A stretch of DNA of 30,311 nt from a virus (Duplodnaviria > Caudoviricetes): positions 1 to 30,311 of IMG/VR virus record IMGVR_UViG_3300033518_000153; one strand, 5' to 3'. Made by a program: the position numbers and the translations under genes. Numbering within the stretch: the stretch's first letter is position 1; each line of letters starts with the position of its first letter. The notes beneath the pieces were generated by a model that was not told the DNA's origin, did no database searches, and saw only the letters and a program-made list of their open reading frames with translations. Below are positions 10,383-18,189 of this stretch, one piece after another.

Positions 10383-10454
10383 TGGAGCCCCAGACAGGAA
10401 TCAAACCTGTCGCTCTGAGTTTAGAAGACTCTGATCCGGCTCAGCGGCTGGGGC
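10383..10454 (-). tRNA. tRNA-Arg(TCT), reduced D-arm
   Basis: Acceptor GCCCCAG/CTGGGGC, loop CT-TCT-AA, TCCA end. Confidence 0.75.
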
Positions 10455-10562
10455 ATTTTGTTTAAGTTACTACAGTGCAGCGTCAACCTGTTTTTCATAA
10501 ATAACAACGTAGTTCGCGGGCGGGAACCCCAACTACTCTATCGTCTGGAAGGACACAACAGC

Positions 10563-10991
10563 ATGAATATTTATCCATATGTCTATCGCCTAGACCACCC
10601 GAGCGGTGAGTTCTACATCGGTTATCGCTGCGCAAATCGTGTGCCAGCATCAGCAGATTTCGGTTACATATACAAAACCAGCAGCAAACATCTAAGTCAT
10701 CCGTTTGAGGAATACAGCTAAACTATCCTAGCCGAGTTCTATCTGTCCTCTGGGGCAGATGACGCATACGACTTTGAGCAAGCTGTTATTTACGAGAACT
10801 GGGGAGATCCCCAGTTAGTCAACAAAAACTGCCACCATGGCAGTAAAAGACGATTTAGCACTGCTGGGCAACGCGGAAAGAAACACTCAGCTGAAACCAG
10901 AGCAAAAATGTCGGAGGCGCGGCGCAAGAGGATAACCTCAGATGAGACCGGAGCAAAAATGGCAGAAGCGCGGTGCGCGGCTTCGTTATAG
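10563..10991 (+). pseudogene. GIY-YIG-like/NUMOD3 endonuclease with premature TAA
   Basis: MNIYPYVYRLDHPSGEFYIGYR; in-frame TAA at 10719-10721, homology to paralogues continues after it. Confidence 0.8.
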
Positions 10992-11119
10992 AGGTTGCAG
11001 TATATAAACCATGTCGATCTGCTCGTAACCTTCTAAGTCGTCGGGGTCGTCAATGAACTCGTCGTCCACGTGAAAGCCCGTCTTTTTATACCATTTCGCC
11101 ATCCACCGCATTGTTTACG

Positions 11120-11818
11120 TTATCTACTTTGGCTATAGATCTCAACCAACCTGTCAAGGCCAATGGCAATCTCACACACCCTGGTATCTTCGCTGAAGTC
11201 CTTGCGGATCGAGCAGCTTGCAATCTCCTTCCACTCATCGCGGAATGGCACTTCAATGTCCAACGTGCTTTCGCTGTATTCAGGCAAGCGATCGCTGTCA
11301 ACAACACGAGTGTCAAGCTGCAAGAAGCGCGACACTTCCTTGCGCACAAACGGAATCAGTGCAGCACGGTAGTCAGCTTGTGTGCCCACGCTGTAGATGC
11401 ATTGGAACTCCAGCTGGTAGAACTCGTTGAACCTCAGCTTGGCCGCAGTAGCGCCATCGCTCTTCTCAACACGGAAACTCTTACCAGCTTGCCAAACGCA
11501 CAGTGGCAGCTTCTTCTTGTCAAAGTTCTGACGTGCAAACATGTAGCTGCTAACAGTGGTCTCGGGGCGCAGTGCCAGATAGCTGTCTGCCTTCTTCACC
11601 TGCGTGACAAAGATGTCGCTCTCGTCGTAGCTGGGACTGACAAAGCTGCGAGGGGTAAGCAACGGGCCTTCCACACGTTTGAACTGCCATGCTCGGTTCA
11701 CACCAAGCAGTGTTTGCTTGACAACGCTGGCAAGCCGCGCTGTCATCATCTCTCGCATTTCGATTTCGTCTTCGTCCCAAAAGCGCAAGCTTTCGATTTC
11801 GTAAAGTGCCTGACTCAT
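11120..11818 (-). CDS. Glycyl-tRNA synthetase-like (alpha2-type) class II catalytic domain, no anticodon-binding domain
   Basis: LRPET, QAGKSFR.E, R..EFYQLEFQ, RLP.YS..T.DIE, W.EIAS.S.R.DF, E.AIGLDRL; only 232 aa. Confidence 0.85.
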   Translation of the reverse strand: MSQALYEIESLRFWDEDEIEMREMMTARLASVVKQTLLGVNRAWQFKRVEGPLLTPRSFVSPSYDESDIFVTQVKKADSYLALRPETTVSSYMFARQNFDKKKLPLCVWQAGKSFRVEKSDGATAAKLRFNEFYQLEFQCIYSVGTQADYRAALIPFVRKEVSRFLQLDTRVVDSDRLPEYSESTLDIEVPFRDEWKEIASCSIRKDFSEDTRVCEIAIGLDRLVEIYSQSR

Positions 11819-11879
11819 GTTGGTATTCCTAGTTGATTTTGTTTACGTTACAGCATACGCTGACATTTGTCAAGTTATT

Positions 11880-11956
11880 TGGTAGAATGCACGGGGTTCG
11901 AACCCGTTTCTCCGCCTTGAAAGGGCAGCGACCTTCGCCAAGAAGTCCAATGCGCC
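11880..11956 (-). tRNA. tRNA-Glu(TTC), poorly paired acceptor stem (possible pseudo-tRNA)
   Basis: Good D, anticodon (CT-TTC-AA) and T arms; acceptor GGCGCAT/GCATTCT mismatched. Confidence 0.6.
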
Positions 11957-12080
11957 ATTACTTAGAAGATGCACTGTGGGTTGTCTTACCTATCCATTCC
12001 CTGAGGTTTGCCGGCCGGCGTAAGGGCATAGGGTGCTTTCCCGAGCAGTTTTGAGAACAGTGCATCGTCAAAGTAATGTT

Positions 12081-12108
12081 TGGTGAACCGCCAGGGAATC
12101 GAACCCTG
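12081..12108 (-). pseudogene. Orphan tRNA 3' fragment (T arm, acceptor strand, CCA)
   Basis: CAGGGTTCGATTCCCTGGCGGTTCACCA directly after tRNA-Lys. Confidence 0.6.
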
Positions 12109-12114
12109 ATAGCT

Positions 12115-12196
12115 TGGTGAACCCGTGCAGAGTCGAACTGCTTGTCGGGGGATTAAAAGTCCCTTCCACCTCCGAGGGGGTCTAGACTACGGGTCC
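12115..12196 (-). tRNA. tRNA-Lys(TTT), atypical D region
   Basis: Acceptor GGACCCG/CGGGTTC, GGGA-CT-TTT-AA-TCCC, CCA. Confidence 0.7.
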
Positions 12197-12831
12197 AATT
12201 TTTTTATTAGTTCCTCAATGTATATTTTTTTAGCAGCATCGTCAAGTTTCTTGTATTTTGCCCACCTAACTCTGATTACCTTCCATCCGTTGTCTCGGAG
12301 GAATTTTGTTCTTCGTAAGTCGCTGCTGACGATCTTTTCATCCAAGTAGTGTTGTTCTCCATCAATCTCAAGCGCCACTTTTGGTCTTAGGAATGCAAAA
12401 TCGATACTGTATAATCGTATCTGGTATTCTTGCTCATAGTCAAGATTGTAGCTATCGAGAACCGCTTTCCAATAAATCTCCGGATATGATGCACCTCTAC
12501 TAGAGTGATTTAACAAATACGGAACCTGAGATGGATTCTTAAGCAAGTAATCGGTCCGGGCTGCAGAAATCTTTTGCTTGGTTTGGTCGGAATGTGTCCT
12601 GCCTTGCGATTTGGCTCTGATCTTTTTCTTTGTTAGATCATTGATTGCAAGTCGAGAATCAACATCCTTAGTTAAACCAGCATTCCAAGCTTTGTGGCCG
12701 GCCTTAAAGCCAGCATTTGGCGACGGCTTAGGATATATAACTCGATTTGGATTCAGGACGCAACCAAATTGATGCCTTGCTAATCCGCCCGAATTTGCAA
12801 TTTCCTTACCACAGTAAACACATGCCGCCAT
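12187..12831 (-). CDS. Vsr/DUF559-like endonuclease with N-terminal Zn finger and NUMOD3-like motif
   Basis: CVYC, HSDQTKQKIS, YSIDFAF...ALEIDGEQH...GWKVIRVRW; GGAGG RBS; stop lies inside tRNA-Lys. Confidence 0.85.
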   Translation of the reverse strand: MAACVYCGKEIANSGGLARHQFGCVLNPNRVIYPKPSPNAGFKAGHKAWNAGLTKDVDSRLAINDLTKKKIRAKSQGRTHSDQTKQKISAARTDYLLKNPSQVPYLLNHSSRGASYPEIYWKAVLDSYNLDYEQEYQIRLYSIDFAFLRPKVALEIDGEQHYLDEKIVSSDLRRTKFLRDNGWKVIRVRWAKYKKLDDAAKKIYIEELIKKLDP

Positions 12832-12871
12832 AATAGTCCTCCATTGAACTATTATTTATGCAAGTTAACTC

Positions 12872-13036
12872 CTATTGACCAATGATAGGACGCGGTCCAT
12901 ACTGTATGGATTGCATCGCGACCTTTTCCAAACGTCGCAGCGCCTTGTTGGTTTTACCGTGCGCTCCCGAACGTTTCGTAGCAAGATGGGCTACGAACGG
13001 ATTACGTTCTTTGGGCACTTGTCGTTTGTGTTTCAT
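12872..13036 (-). CDS. Small basic protein (54 aa, not in ORF track)
   Basis: MKHKRQVPKERNPFVAHLATKRSGAHGKTNKALRR...; AAAGGAG RBS, TTGACA promoter upstream. Confidence 0.7.
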   Translation of the reverse strand: MKHKRQVPKERNPFVAHLATKRSGAHGKTNKALRRLEKVAMQSIQYGPRPIIGQ

Positions 13037-13185
13037 CTTGCTCTCCTTTCTATGTAGTCAATATAACACGTTGTTGGGCAGTGTCAACCTCAATCTTCTT
13101 CGGTCCACTGCCAGTTGCCGTTCTCGTCGTAGTAGCCGATCCCAGCGTGTTCATTTCGGCTTCTGTGCTGTAGACAGGCGGTATG

Positions 13186-13256
13186 ATGCCCGAACACGAC
13201 TCGAACGTGTATCAACTGATTCAAAGTCAGCTATCCTGCCATTAGACGATCGGGCA
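13186..13256 (-). tRNA. tRNA-Gln(TTG), CCA not encoded
   Basis: Acceptor TGCCCGA/TCGGGCA, loop CT-TTG-AA. Confidence 0.85.
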
Positions 13257-13318
13257 ATATATTTGGGTTTTGTTCCTGCGTTCTGTCACGATACGCCCTG
13301 CAGACCCTACTGCCTATT

Positions 13319-13398
13319 TGGTGGACGGGATGGGAATCGAACCCACACGTTTGCCGGTTAAGAGCCGGTTCCAATTGACCACTGATTGGACCCCGTCC
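13319..13398 (-). tRNA. tRNA-Lys(CTT), 5-bp D stem
   Basis: Acceptor GGACGGG/CCCGTCC, loop CT-CTT-AA, CCA. Confidence 0.8.
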
Positions 13399-13495
13399 GA
13401 AATTTGTATAGCACATCACTCGGTAGAATTGAACCACAGTCAGCGCGTCGTCCACGTCTATGAACCATCGACCCGTCGGGTCGATGTGCTATTGT

Positions 13496-13582
13496 TGGTG
13501 GAGACGCACGGAGTTGAACCGTTAACGGTGCGCACTGTTTATCACCGCCTTGCGGCGGCCGCTGACTGGCAGCTTACGTCCC
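13496..13582 (-). ncRNA. tRNA-like RNA without canonical anticodon loop
   Basis: Acceptor GGGACGT/GCGTCTC, T arm, CCA; middle holds CCGCC-GCAA-GGCGG hairpin. Confidence 0.5.
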
Positions 13583-13594
13583 TATATTGTGTTT

Positions 13595-13670
13595 TGGTAG
13601 GCCTGTGGGGGTCGAACCCAACACCGACGCGATTTTGTAAGAATCGCCGACTACACCATAGCTGCGGCCT
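13595..13670 (-). tRNA. tRNA-Val(TAC), atypical extended anticodon stem
   Basis: GCGATT-CT-TAC-AA-AATCGC, T arm, CCA. Confidence 0.65.
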
Positions 13671-13679
13671 GTATTTGTT

Positions 13680-13756
13680 TGGTGCCCTGTGAAAGAGTCG
13701 AACTTTCTCTTGATCCATACCAGGGATCTGTGCTAAGCCGTTATCACTAACAGGGC
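13680..13756 (-). tRNA. tRNA-Thr(GGT)
   Basis: Acceptor GCCCTGT/ACAGGGC, GATCC-CT-GGT-AT-GGATC, CCA. Confidence 0.88.
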
Positions 13757-14299
13757 AATGTCTTTCCATTCAAGCTGGTGTTCAGTGAGCACAATAACGG
13801 TTATGTTATTTCTCAGCTGGGCTTGCTGGATTTTGTCTTTGTCTTTCTCCCGGAGATACGGATTCTTGGGATCCAAGTAAACGTCGTATTTCGGTAAGTA
13901 GAAATCTGGATAATACTTGTTGCCGGCATCCGTCCAAACGAACCCAGTGTTTGGCCTAGACCAAGCAATACCGTTCTTGTCAAGCGATTCAGCTACTGTT
14001 ACTTCCCACCTTGAATCAAACCATATGTCCTTGTATCGCTGTCCTTTGTTTGGATGTGGGCGATATCCACCTAAGTTAGAAGCCTTTGCTCTGGCGCTAG
14101 CTTCTTTCTTTTTTGCGTCACTCATCACATATTTTTGCAATAAACGAGACTCGGGTTGAGTCCGTGTAGCAAGGTTTAGGCGCTGTATAGTTTGGACAGT
14201 TACCTTGTAATGTTTGGCCAACTTGCGCAACGATAGTCCGTTGTCATACAACGTCTGCGCTTCGCTTTTGTCGATGTTTTTGGGTGCATACTTGTTCAT
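13733..14299 (-). CDS. HTH plus PD-(D/E)XK-type endonuclease
   Basis: LSLRKLAKHY HTH; FDSRWE...YYPDFYLP.YDVYLDPK; TATAAATA at 14305-14312; last 8 codons overlap tRNA-Thr. Confidence 0.8.
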   Translation of the reverse strand: MNKYAPKNIDKSEAQTLYDNGLSLRKLAKHYKVTVQTIQRLNLATRTQPESRLLQKYVMSDAKKKEASARAKASNLGGYRPHPNKGQRYKDIWFDSRWEVTVAESLDKNGIAWSRPNTGFVWTDAGNKYYPDFYLPKYDVYLDPKNPYLREKDKDKIQQAQLRNNITVIVLTEHQLEWKDIALLVITA

Positions 14300-14310
14300 G
14301 TGTTTATTTA

Positions 14311-14347
14311 TACCCAAAGAGGTGTAATACCATTATACGATAGCAGC
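14311..14347 (-). pseudogene. Orphan tRNA 5' half truncated at the anticodon loop
   Basis: GCTGCTA TC GTA TAATGGTAT TAC A CCTCT TTGGGTA running into TATAAATA. Confidence 0.6.
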
Positions 14348-14355
14348 ATGTTAGT

Positions 14356-14431
14356 TGGTAGCCCCAGCCGGACTTGAACCGAGCATCATTAGATTGAAAG
14401 TCTAGTATCCTTACCTTTAGACGATGGGGCC
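14356..14431 (-). tRNA. tRNA-Glu(TTC)
   Basis: Acceptor GGCCCCA/TGGGGCT, loop CT-TTC-AA, CCA. Confidence 0.8.
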
Positions 14432-14438
14432 GTTGTTT

Positions 14439-14513
14439 TGGTGCACGAAGAAGGAATCAAACCCTCGACATCCGCGTTACGAAGGCGGCGTTCTCTCACT
14501 GAACTACTCGTGC
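14439..14513 (-). tRNA. tRNA-Thr(CGT)
   Basis: Acceptor GCACGAG/TTCGTGC, loop TT-CGT-AA, CCA. Confidence 0.75.
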
Positions 14514-14519
14514 ATGAAT

Positions 14520-14597
14520 TGGTGTGCTGTCCTGGACTCGAACCTGGTTCTGCTGCTTTTCAGACAGCCGCTAAATCACCCGACTAGCTCACAGCAC
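14520..14597 (-). tRNA. tRNA-Phe(GAA)
   Basis: Acceptor GTGCTGT/ACAGCAC, loop CT-GAA-AA, CCA. Confidence 0.85.
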
Positions 14598-14604
14598 ATT
14601 GTTT

Positions 14605-14689
14605 TGGTGCACGGGATCGAACACCGCGCCGTTACCGGAAAAGCTTTACAGGCTCCTGCAAGAACCATCTTGCCTTACTTGCGCTCCCC
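14605..14689 (-). tRNA. tRNA-Tyr(GTA), degenerate acceptor/T stem
   Basis: GGAGC-CT-GTA-AA-GCTTT, variable arm, TTCGATC, CCA; acceptor does not pair. Confidence 0.55.
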
Positions 14690-14694
14690 ATATT

Positions 14695-14769
14695 TGGAAC
14701 CAGGTATGGGAGTTGAACCCAATCCATCTCAGTCACAGTGAGATATGCTACCCTTACACCTTACCTGGC
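14695..14769 (-). tRNA. tRNA-His(GTG)
   Basis: TCTCA-CT-GTG-AC-TGAGA, T arm, CCA. Confidence 0.85.
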
Positions 14770-14823
14770 ACTATTGGTCCCGACGGTAGGATTTGAACCT
14801 GGCTATCCACAATCGGGTGTGCT

Positions 14824-14871
14824 CGCCTCTAAGAGATGTAGTCTTACTATGCTATTTATCTCTTAGAGGCG
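14824..14871. repeat. Perfect 14-bp inverted repeat
   Basis: CGCCTCTAAGAGAT / ATCTCTTAGAGGCG; overlaps a minus-strand ATAAATA. Confidence 0.8.
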
Positions 14872-14878
14872 CTCTATG

Positions 14879-14947
14879 TAGTGCCAGTGAGAGTTGAACT
14901 CACCCTAGATCCTTATGAGAGATCTGTCCGAACCACTCGGTGTCACC
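14879..14947 (-). tRNA. tRNA-Met or Ile2 (CAT), compact, CCA not encoded
   Basis: GATCT-CT-CAT-AA-GGATC, GTGAG-TTCAACT-CTCAC. Confidence 0.65.
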
Positions 14948-14953
14948 ATATCT

Positions 14954-15028
14954 TGGAGTCACGTAACGGAGTTAAACCGTTCTAACTGGGTTTGCAATCC
15001 AGTGCCTCTGTCGCTCGGCCAACGTGAC
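14954..15028 (-). tRNA. tRNA-Cys(GCA)
   Basis: Acceptor GTCACGT/ACGTGAC, loop TT-GCA-AA, U73, CCA. Confidence 0.88.
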
Positions 15029-15182
15029 ATATTTCGTATTAGTGAAGCACACTCAGTGTGCTTGACAAATACAACCGGAATTTTACTAGTGCTCACCGCA
15101 CGTTGATCCTCCGGTCCGCCCATTTCGGTTTGTTTATAGTGATTACCGCGCAGTCTCGTTCCGCATGTCCACTTAGTCCATT

Positions 15183-15219
15183 AAAAAACCCTCCTAGTAT
15201 CGCTACTGGAGGGCTTTTT
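15183..15219 (-). terminator. Attenuator terminator A
   Basis: CCCTCCAGTA-GCGA-TACTAGGAGGG-TTTTTT. Confidence 0.9.
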
Positions 15220-15242
15220 GGAATTCCTGTGATGCTGTTATG

Positions 15243-15338
15243 CTAGCATCCGGTTCCGCCTCCAGTGTTCTCGCCAAAGCGATACTCACGGCATTTTTCA
15301 ATGCGAATCTCAAACATATGTTGCTGGACGTGGGTCAT
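15243..15338 (-). CDS. Putative attenuator leader peptide A (31 aa, MTHVQQHMFEIRIEKCREYRFGENTGGGTGC)
   Basis: Between promoter and terminator; ACTGGAGG (15259-15266) is complementary to terminator 5' arm; codons mirror downstream tRNAs. Confidence 0.75.
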   Translation of the reverse strand: MTHVQQHMFEIRIEKCREYRFGENTGGGTGC

Positions 15339-15390
15339 TTGCTGTAGCTTTCTCTGGTGCGTTGCCGCTGTTGTCTTACTTGTTGTAGTT

Positions 15391-15419
15391 ACTGTATACT
15401 TATTTATCTCTGCCGTCAA
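15391..15419 (-). promoter_or_regulatory. Sigma70-like promoter with embedded late motif, upstream of leader A
   Basis: TTGACG-N17-TACAGT with ATAAATA in the spacer. Confidence 0.7.
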
Positions 15420-15464
15420 CCACTATTAGTGGTTTTCTGGCATCTTTTTTCTGCGTCGTGTTAG

Positions 15465-15557
15465 TGGCGGAAGCGGTGGGATTCGAACCCACGGAACGCT
15501 CATCACGTTCATCTGTTTTCAAGACAGGCGCCTTAAGCCGGACTCGGCCACACTTCC
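15465..15557 (-). tRNA. tRNA-Ser(TGA)
   Basis: CCTGT-CT-TGA-AA-ACAGA, long variable arm, GCCA; TATAAATA upstream. Confidence 0.93.
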
Positions 15558-15629
15558 ATATTCGTTATGTTATTTATACACGGAGACGCCAGGCTGGTCA
15601 ACCTTTTTCTCCGTGTATCTGCATTTTTC

Positions 15630-15893
15630 TTAGATGTAGTAAATCACAGTCTTTGGATCCAGGTAGGCCGTTTGCTCCGGATCCACCATCCATCCTTGGC
15701 TTTGGATGATCTCAGCAGTGCGGACCACGCCACGGTTGCTATACCAAACGTGGTCGCCACCGCTGCCAATCACGTGCTCGTAGTTTGCTGGAATGCCAAC
15801 CACGCGGGTGCATTCGTCTGGGGTAAGCTTGCGTCTACTGGCGCGTAGTATCAGCTCAAAGTAGCAGCCGTCTGCACTGTGGCTCAGGGTCAC
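15630..15893 (-). CDS. Hypothetical protein, start uncertain
   Basis: 87 aa ORF downstream of TTGACA promoter near 15983. Confidence 0.4.
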   Translation of the reverse strand: MTLSHSADGCYFELILRASRRKLTPDECTRVVGIPANYEHVIGSGGDHVWYSNRGVVRTAEIIQSQGWMVDPEQTAYLDPKTVIYYI

Positions 15894-15988
15894 ATACGGC
15901 AGATTTGAGAGTGATGGTGTATTTGGTCATCTGGCTTTCTCCGTTGCCTACAGTTCAATATAGCACAGAGTGTGTTGGTGTCAACCGT

Positions 15989-16366
15989 TTAGAATGGGTT
16001 GAGTGCGCCCCACAGCATACGGAACAGCGCCCATGGCCATAGCAGCGGCAAACGACGCTTGTGTGGTGCTGGTGTGTCTCGCCACTTACGCACGGTGCTG
16101 TCGATCCAACCATGCTCCTTGTGCCACAGCACAACGTGGCGCGGCAGTAGTTTGTTCTGTGGCGAGTGTGTCAGCCAAAACACTGCGCGGAAGGTGAGCA
16201 GTGCCCAGATAGCCTTGAGCCAACCGCCCTCAACAGTGAGCAGCGTGGTCAGCGCAAAGTCGTTGCAGTTGCCAGCGTATGGCGCACTGTCGATACGGCG
16301 CCAACCTGTGATGAATGTCCAACCCTTGCGGTAAGTGAACTTTGAGATGAATTCTGTGCTTGTCAT
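15989..16366 (-). CDS. Hypothetical protein with Cys/His/Asp triad-like motif
   Basis: GNCNDFA...HVVL...WID resembles transglutaminase-like cysteine protease; GGAG RBS. Confidence 0.6.
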   Translation of the reverse strand: MTSTEFISKFTYRKGWTFITGWRRIDSAPYAGNCNDFALTTLLTVEGGWLKAIWALLTFRAVFWLTHSPQNKLLPRHVVLWHKEHGWIDSTVRKWRDTPAPHKRRLPLLWPWALFRMLWGALNPF

Positions 16367-16644
16367 GTTAACTCCGTTTTATATCTGCCGATCCGTCCCC
16401 GGCCCCTGTTCTTTCCTTTGTAACTGTCAGTCATACTGTGGCAGTTCGGACAGAGCAGCCTTAGATTTTCTAGTGCATTGTTATGCGGGTCGCCGGCGGT
16501 GTAGTCTAGTTCGAGAGTAATCGGTTGCCCTTGCCATTCTGTTAGCTTGCACATACTGCAACAGTTGCCGACGGTGTCTCTTACATACCTCTTAGCCCGC
16601 CCCGGTGAGCGTCTGGCTGCCACGACACACCACCCTCTAGCCAT
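16363..16644 (-). pseudogene. HNH endonuclease, probably degenerate
   Basis: CSMC...LELDY..GD..NN.LENLRLLCPNCHS (expected His replaced by Tyr); N-terminus appears in another frame (16581..16778). Confidence 0.7.
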
Positions 16645-16815
16645 TGCTCAACTCTGACTTTGTTCTCGTGTTCTTTCTCAATCGAGGCGGCAGTGCTGCA
16701 TGGCACTGAGCGCAAACTGTTGGTGATTTGTCGTAGTCTAATCTTTGAGGGGCGAGTGGCATAAATAACTCCTTGCATGGTTATTTATGCCACTCGGCTA
16801 CTAGGGCGATATTTC

Positions 16816-17112
16816 TTATGCTGTCTTAGGCTTGTTTCTTTCAATTGCGATGCTCTTCTCAATGATGGCAAACTCTGGCCAATCAATTCCTTCGCTGTGC
16901 ATGGCGGAAATCACGTTCTCAATGCCAGCCAGGTTTGTTTCATACTGCGACTCTTTGATCTTGGTCAGCATGGCTTTGCTCACACTTGGCTTCTCAAGGT
17001 CCGGAATGCCCAGCTTGTCCTTGGCCCAATATCCCACATCCATTGGAATAGTCTCGGTGACACGCTTGTCGTCTGTCTCGCTCGACTGTAAAGCTTCTTT
17101 GGCCCACTGCAC
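16816..17112 (-). CDS. Hypothetical protein, possibly a gene fragment
   Basis: 98 aa protein-like composition, GTG start without clear RBS. Confidence 0.45.
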   Translation of the reverse strand: MQWAKEALQSSETDDKRVTETIPMDVGYWAKDKLGIPDLEKPSVSKAMLTKIKESQYETNLAGIENVISAMHSEGIDWPEFAIIEKSIAIERNKPKTA

Positions 17113-17427
17113 TTATTGAACGCCAGTCTCGACCTTACCACTTGTCGACACTCTATAATAGAGTGACCTGCTCTCCGGATGGGATTCGGGCTGGCCGTTC
17201 TCAATTTGGCGATCCGTTAGCCTCGCTGGGTTGGAAACCAGCTGGTGAGACCCCTGTAAAGACCAGGATGTTGTTTTTGTGCTGTAGGTCGGGACGGATC
17301 AAGCCCGATAGTCTACCTTATAGCATACAAGTTAGCATGATTTTTTGATCATGTCAACCAAAATCATACATAGTGATGTAGCTCGCGGGCGGCAACCCCA
17401 GCTACTCTATTGTTTAGGGACAACAGC

Positions 17428-17961
17428 ATGAATATTTACCCATACGTCTATCGCATAGACCACCCAAGTGGTGAGTTCTACATCGGCTACCGCTGCGCTA
17501 ACCAAGTGCCAGCTGGAGCAGACATTGGATACAAATACAAAACCAGCACTAAGCACTTATCCTATCCGTTTGAGGAATACAGCATCACTATCTTAGCTGA
17601 GTTCTTTACTGCCACTGCTAAGACAGACGCGCTTGACTTCAAACAGGCAACTATATACGAGCATTGGGGCAACCCATTCCTTGTAAACAAACGCTGCAAC
17701 TACAACGGACAACGGTTTAGCACTGCCGGAACAACATTGTCTTCTGCTACTAGGCAAAAGATGTCAACCAGTCGTCGAGGTGTTCCTCGCAGCGAGGAGA
17801 CTAAGGCAAAGATTCGAGAAGCAAATCTCGGCAAGAGCTTGTCAGATGAACATCTGCGTAAGATTTCAATCGGGCGTCGCGGAAAAGGCACTGCGCCAAA
17901 GACAGCCGAACATAAGCGGAAGATTTCTGAATCCTTACTAGGAACATACAAGACTCGTTAG
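17428..17961 (+). CDS. GIY-YIG-like/NUMOD3 homing endonuclease
   Basis: YVY...FYIGYR, SEETKAKI repeats, conserved leader. Confidence 0.85.
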   Translation: MNIYPYVYRIDHPSGEFYIGYRCANQVPAGADIGYKYKTSTKHLSYPFEEYSITILAEFFTATAKTDALDFKQATIYEHWGNPFLVNKRCNYNGQRFSTAGTTLSSATRQKMSTSRRGVPRSEETKAKIREANLGKSLSDEHLRKISIGRRGKGTAPKTAEHKRKISESLLGTYKTR

Positions 17962-17964
17962 ATG

Positions 17965-17997
17965 GAAAAAGCCCAACATTGCTGCTGGGCCTTTTTC
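17965..17997. terminator. Bidirectional intrinsic terminator closing tRNA cluster B
   Basis: AAAAA-GCCCA...TGGGC-CTTTTT between convergent units. Confidence 0.75.
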
Positions 17998-18001
17998 TAT
18001 T

Positions 18002-18076
18002 TGGAGCGGGCGATGGGATTCGAACCCACAACTTCAACCTCGGCAAGGTTGCACTCTACCATTGAGCTACGCCAGC
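18002..18076 (-). tRNA. tRNA-Gly(GCC)
   Basis: CAACC-TT-GCC-GA-GGTTG, TCCA. Confidence 0.88.
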
Positions 18077-18084
18077 ATGTGATT

Positions 18085-18158
18085 TGGAGCGGGTAGCGGG
18101 GAACGATCCCGCTTCTGAGCGTTGGCAACGCGCCGTAATACCTTTATACGATACCCGC
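18085..18158 (-). tRNA. tRNA-Gly(GCC), second divergent copy
   Basis: Acceptor GCGGGTA/TACCCGC, loop TT-GCC-AA, TCCA. Confidence 0.85.
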
Positions 18159-18189
18159 ATTTGTTTTGGTCTGTATTGGACCGTTGTTT

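Noticed and set aside
7251-10991. Alternative genetic code suggested by interrupted ORFs
   Set aside because: Interruptions are one frameshift, one TAA and one TGA; all three stops end ordinary genes and no CTA/TCA/TTA suppressor anticodon was found
13757-14310. Group I intron within a tRNA anticodon
   Set aside because: No matching 3' exon and no room for an intron core; the downstream tRNA is complete and different
14424-15246. Plus-strand ORFs across tRNA cluster A
   Set aside because: Antisense to tRNA genes with no protein motifs or RBS
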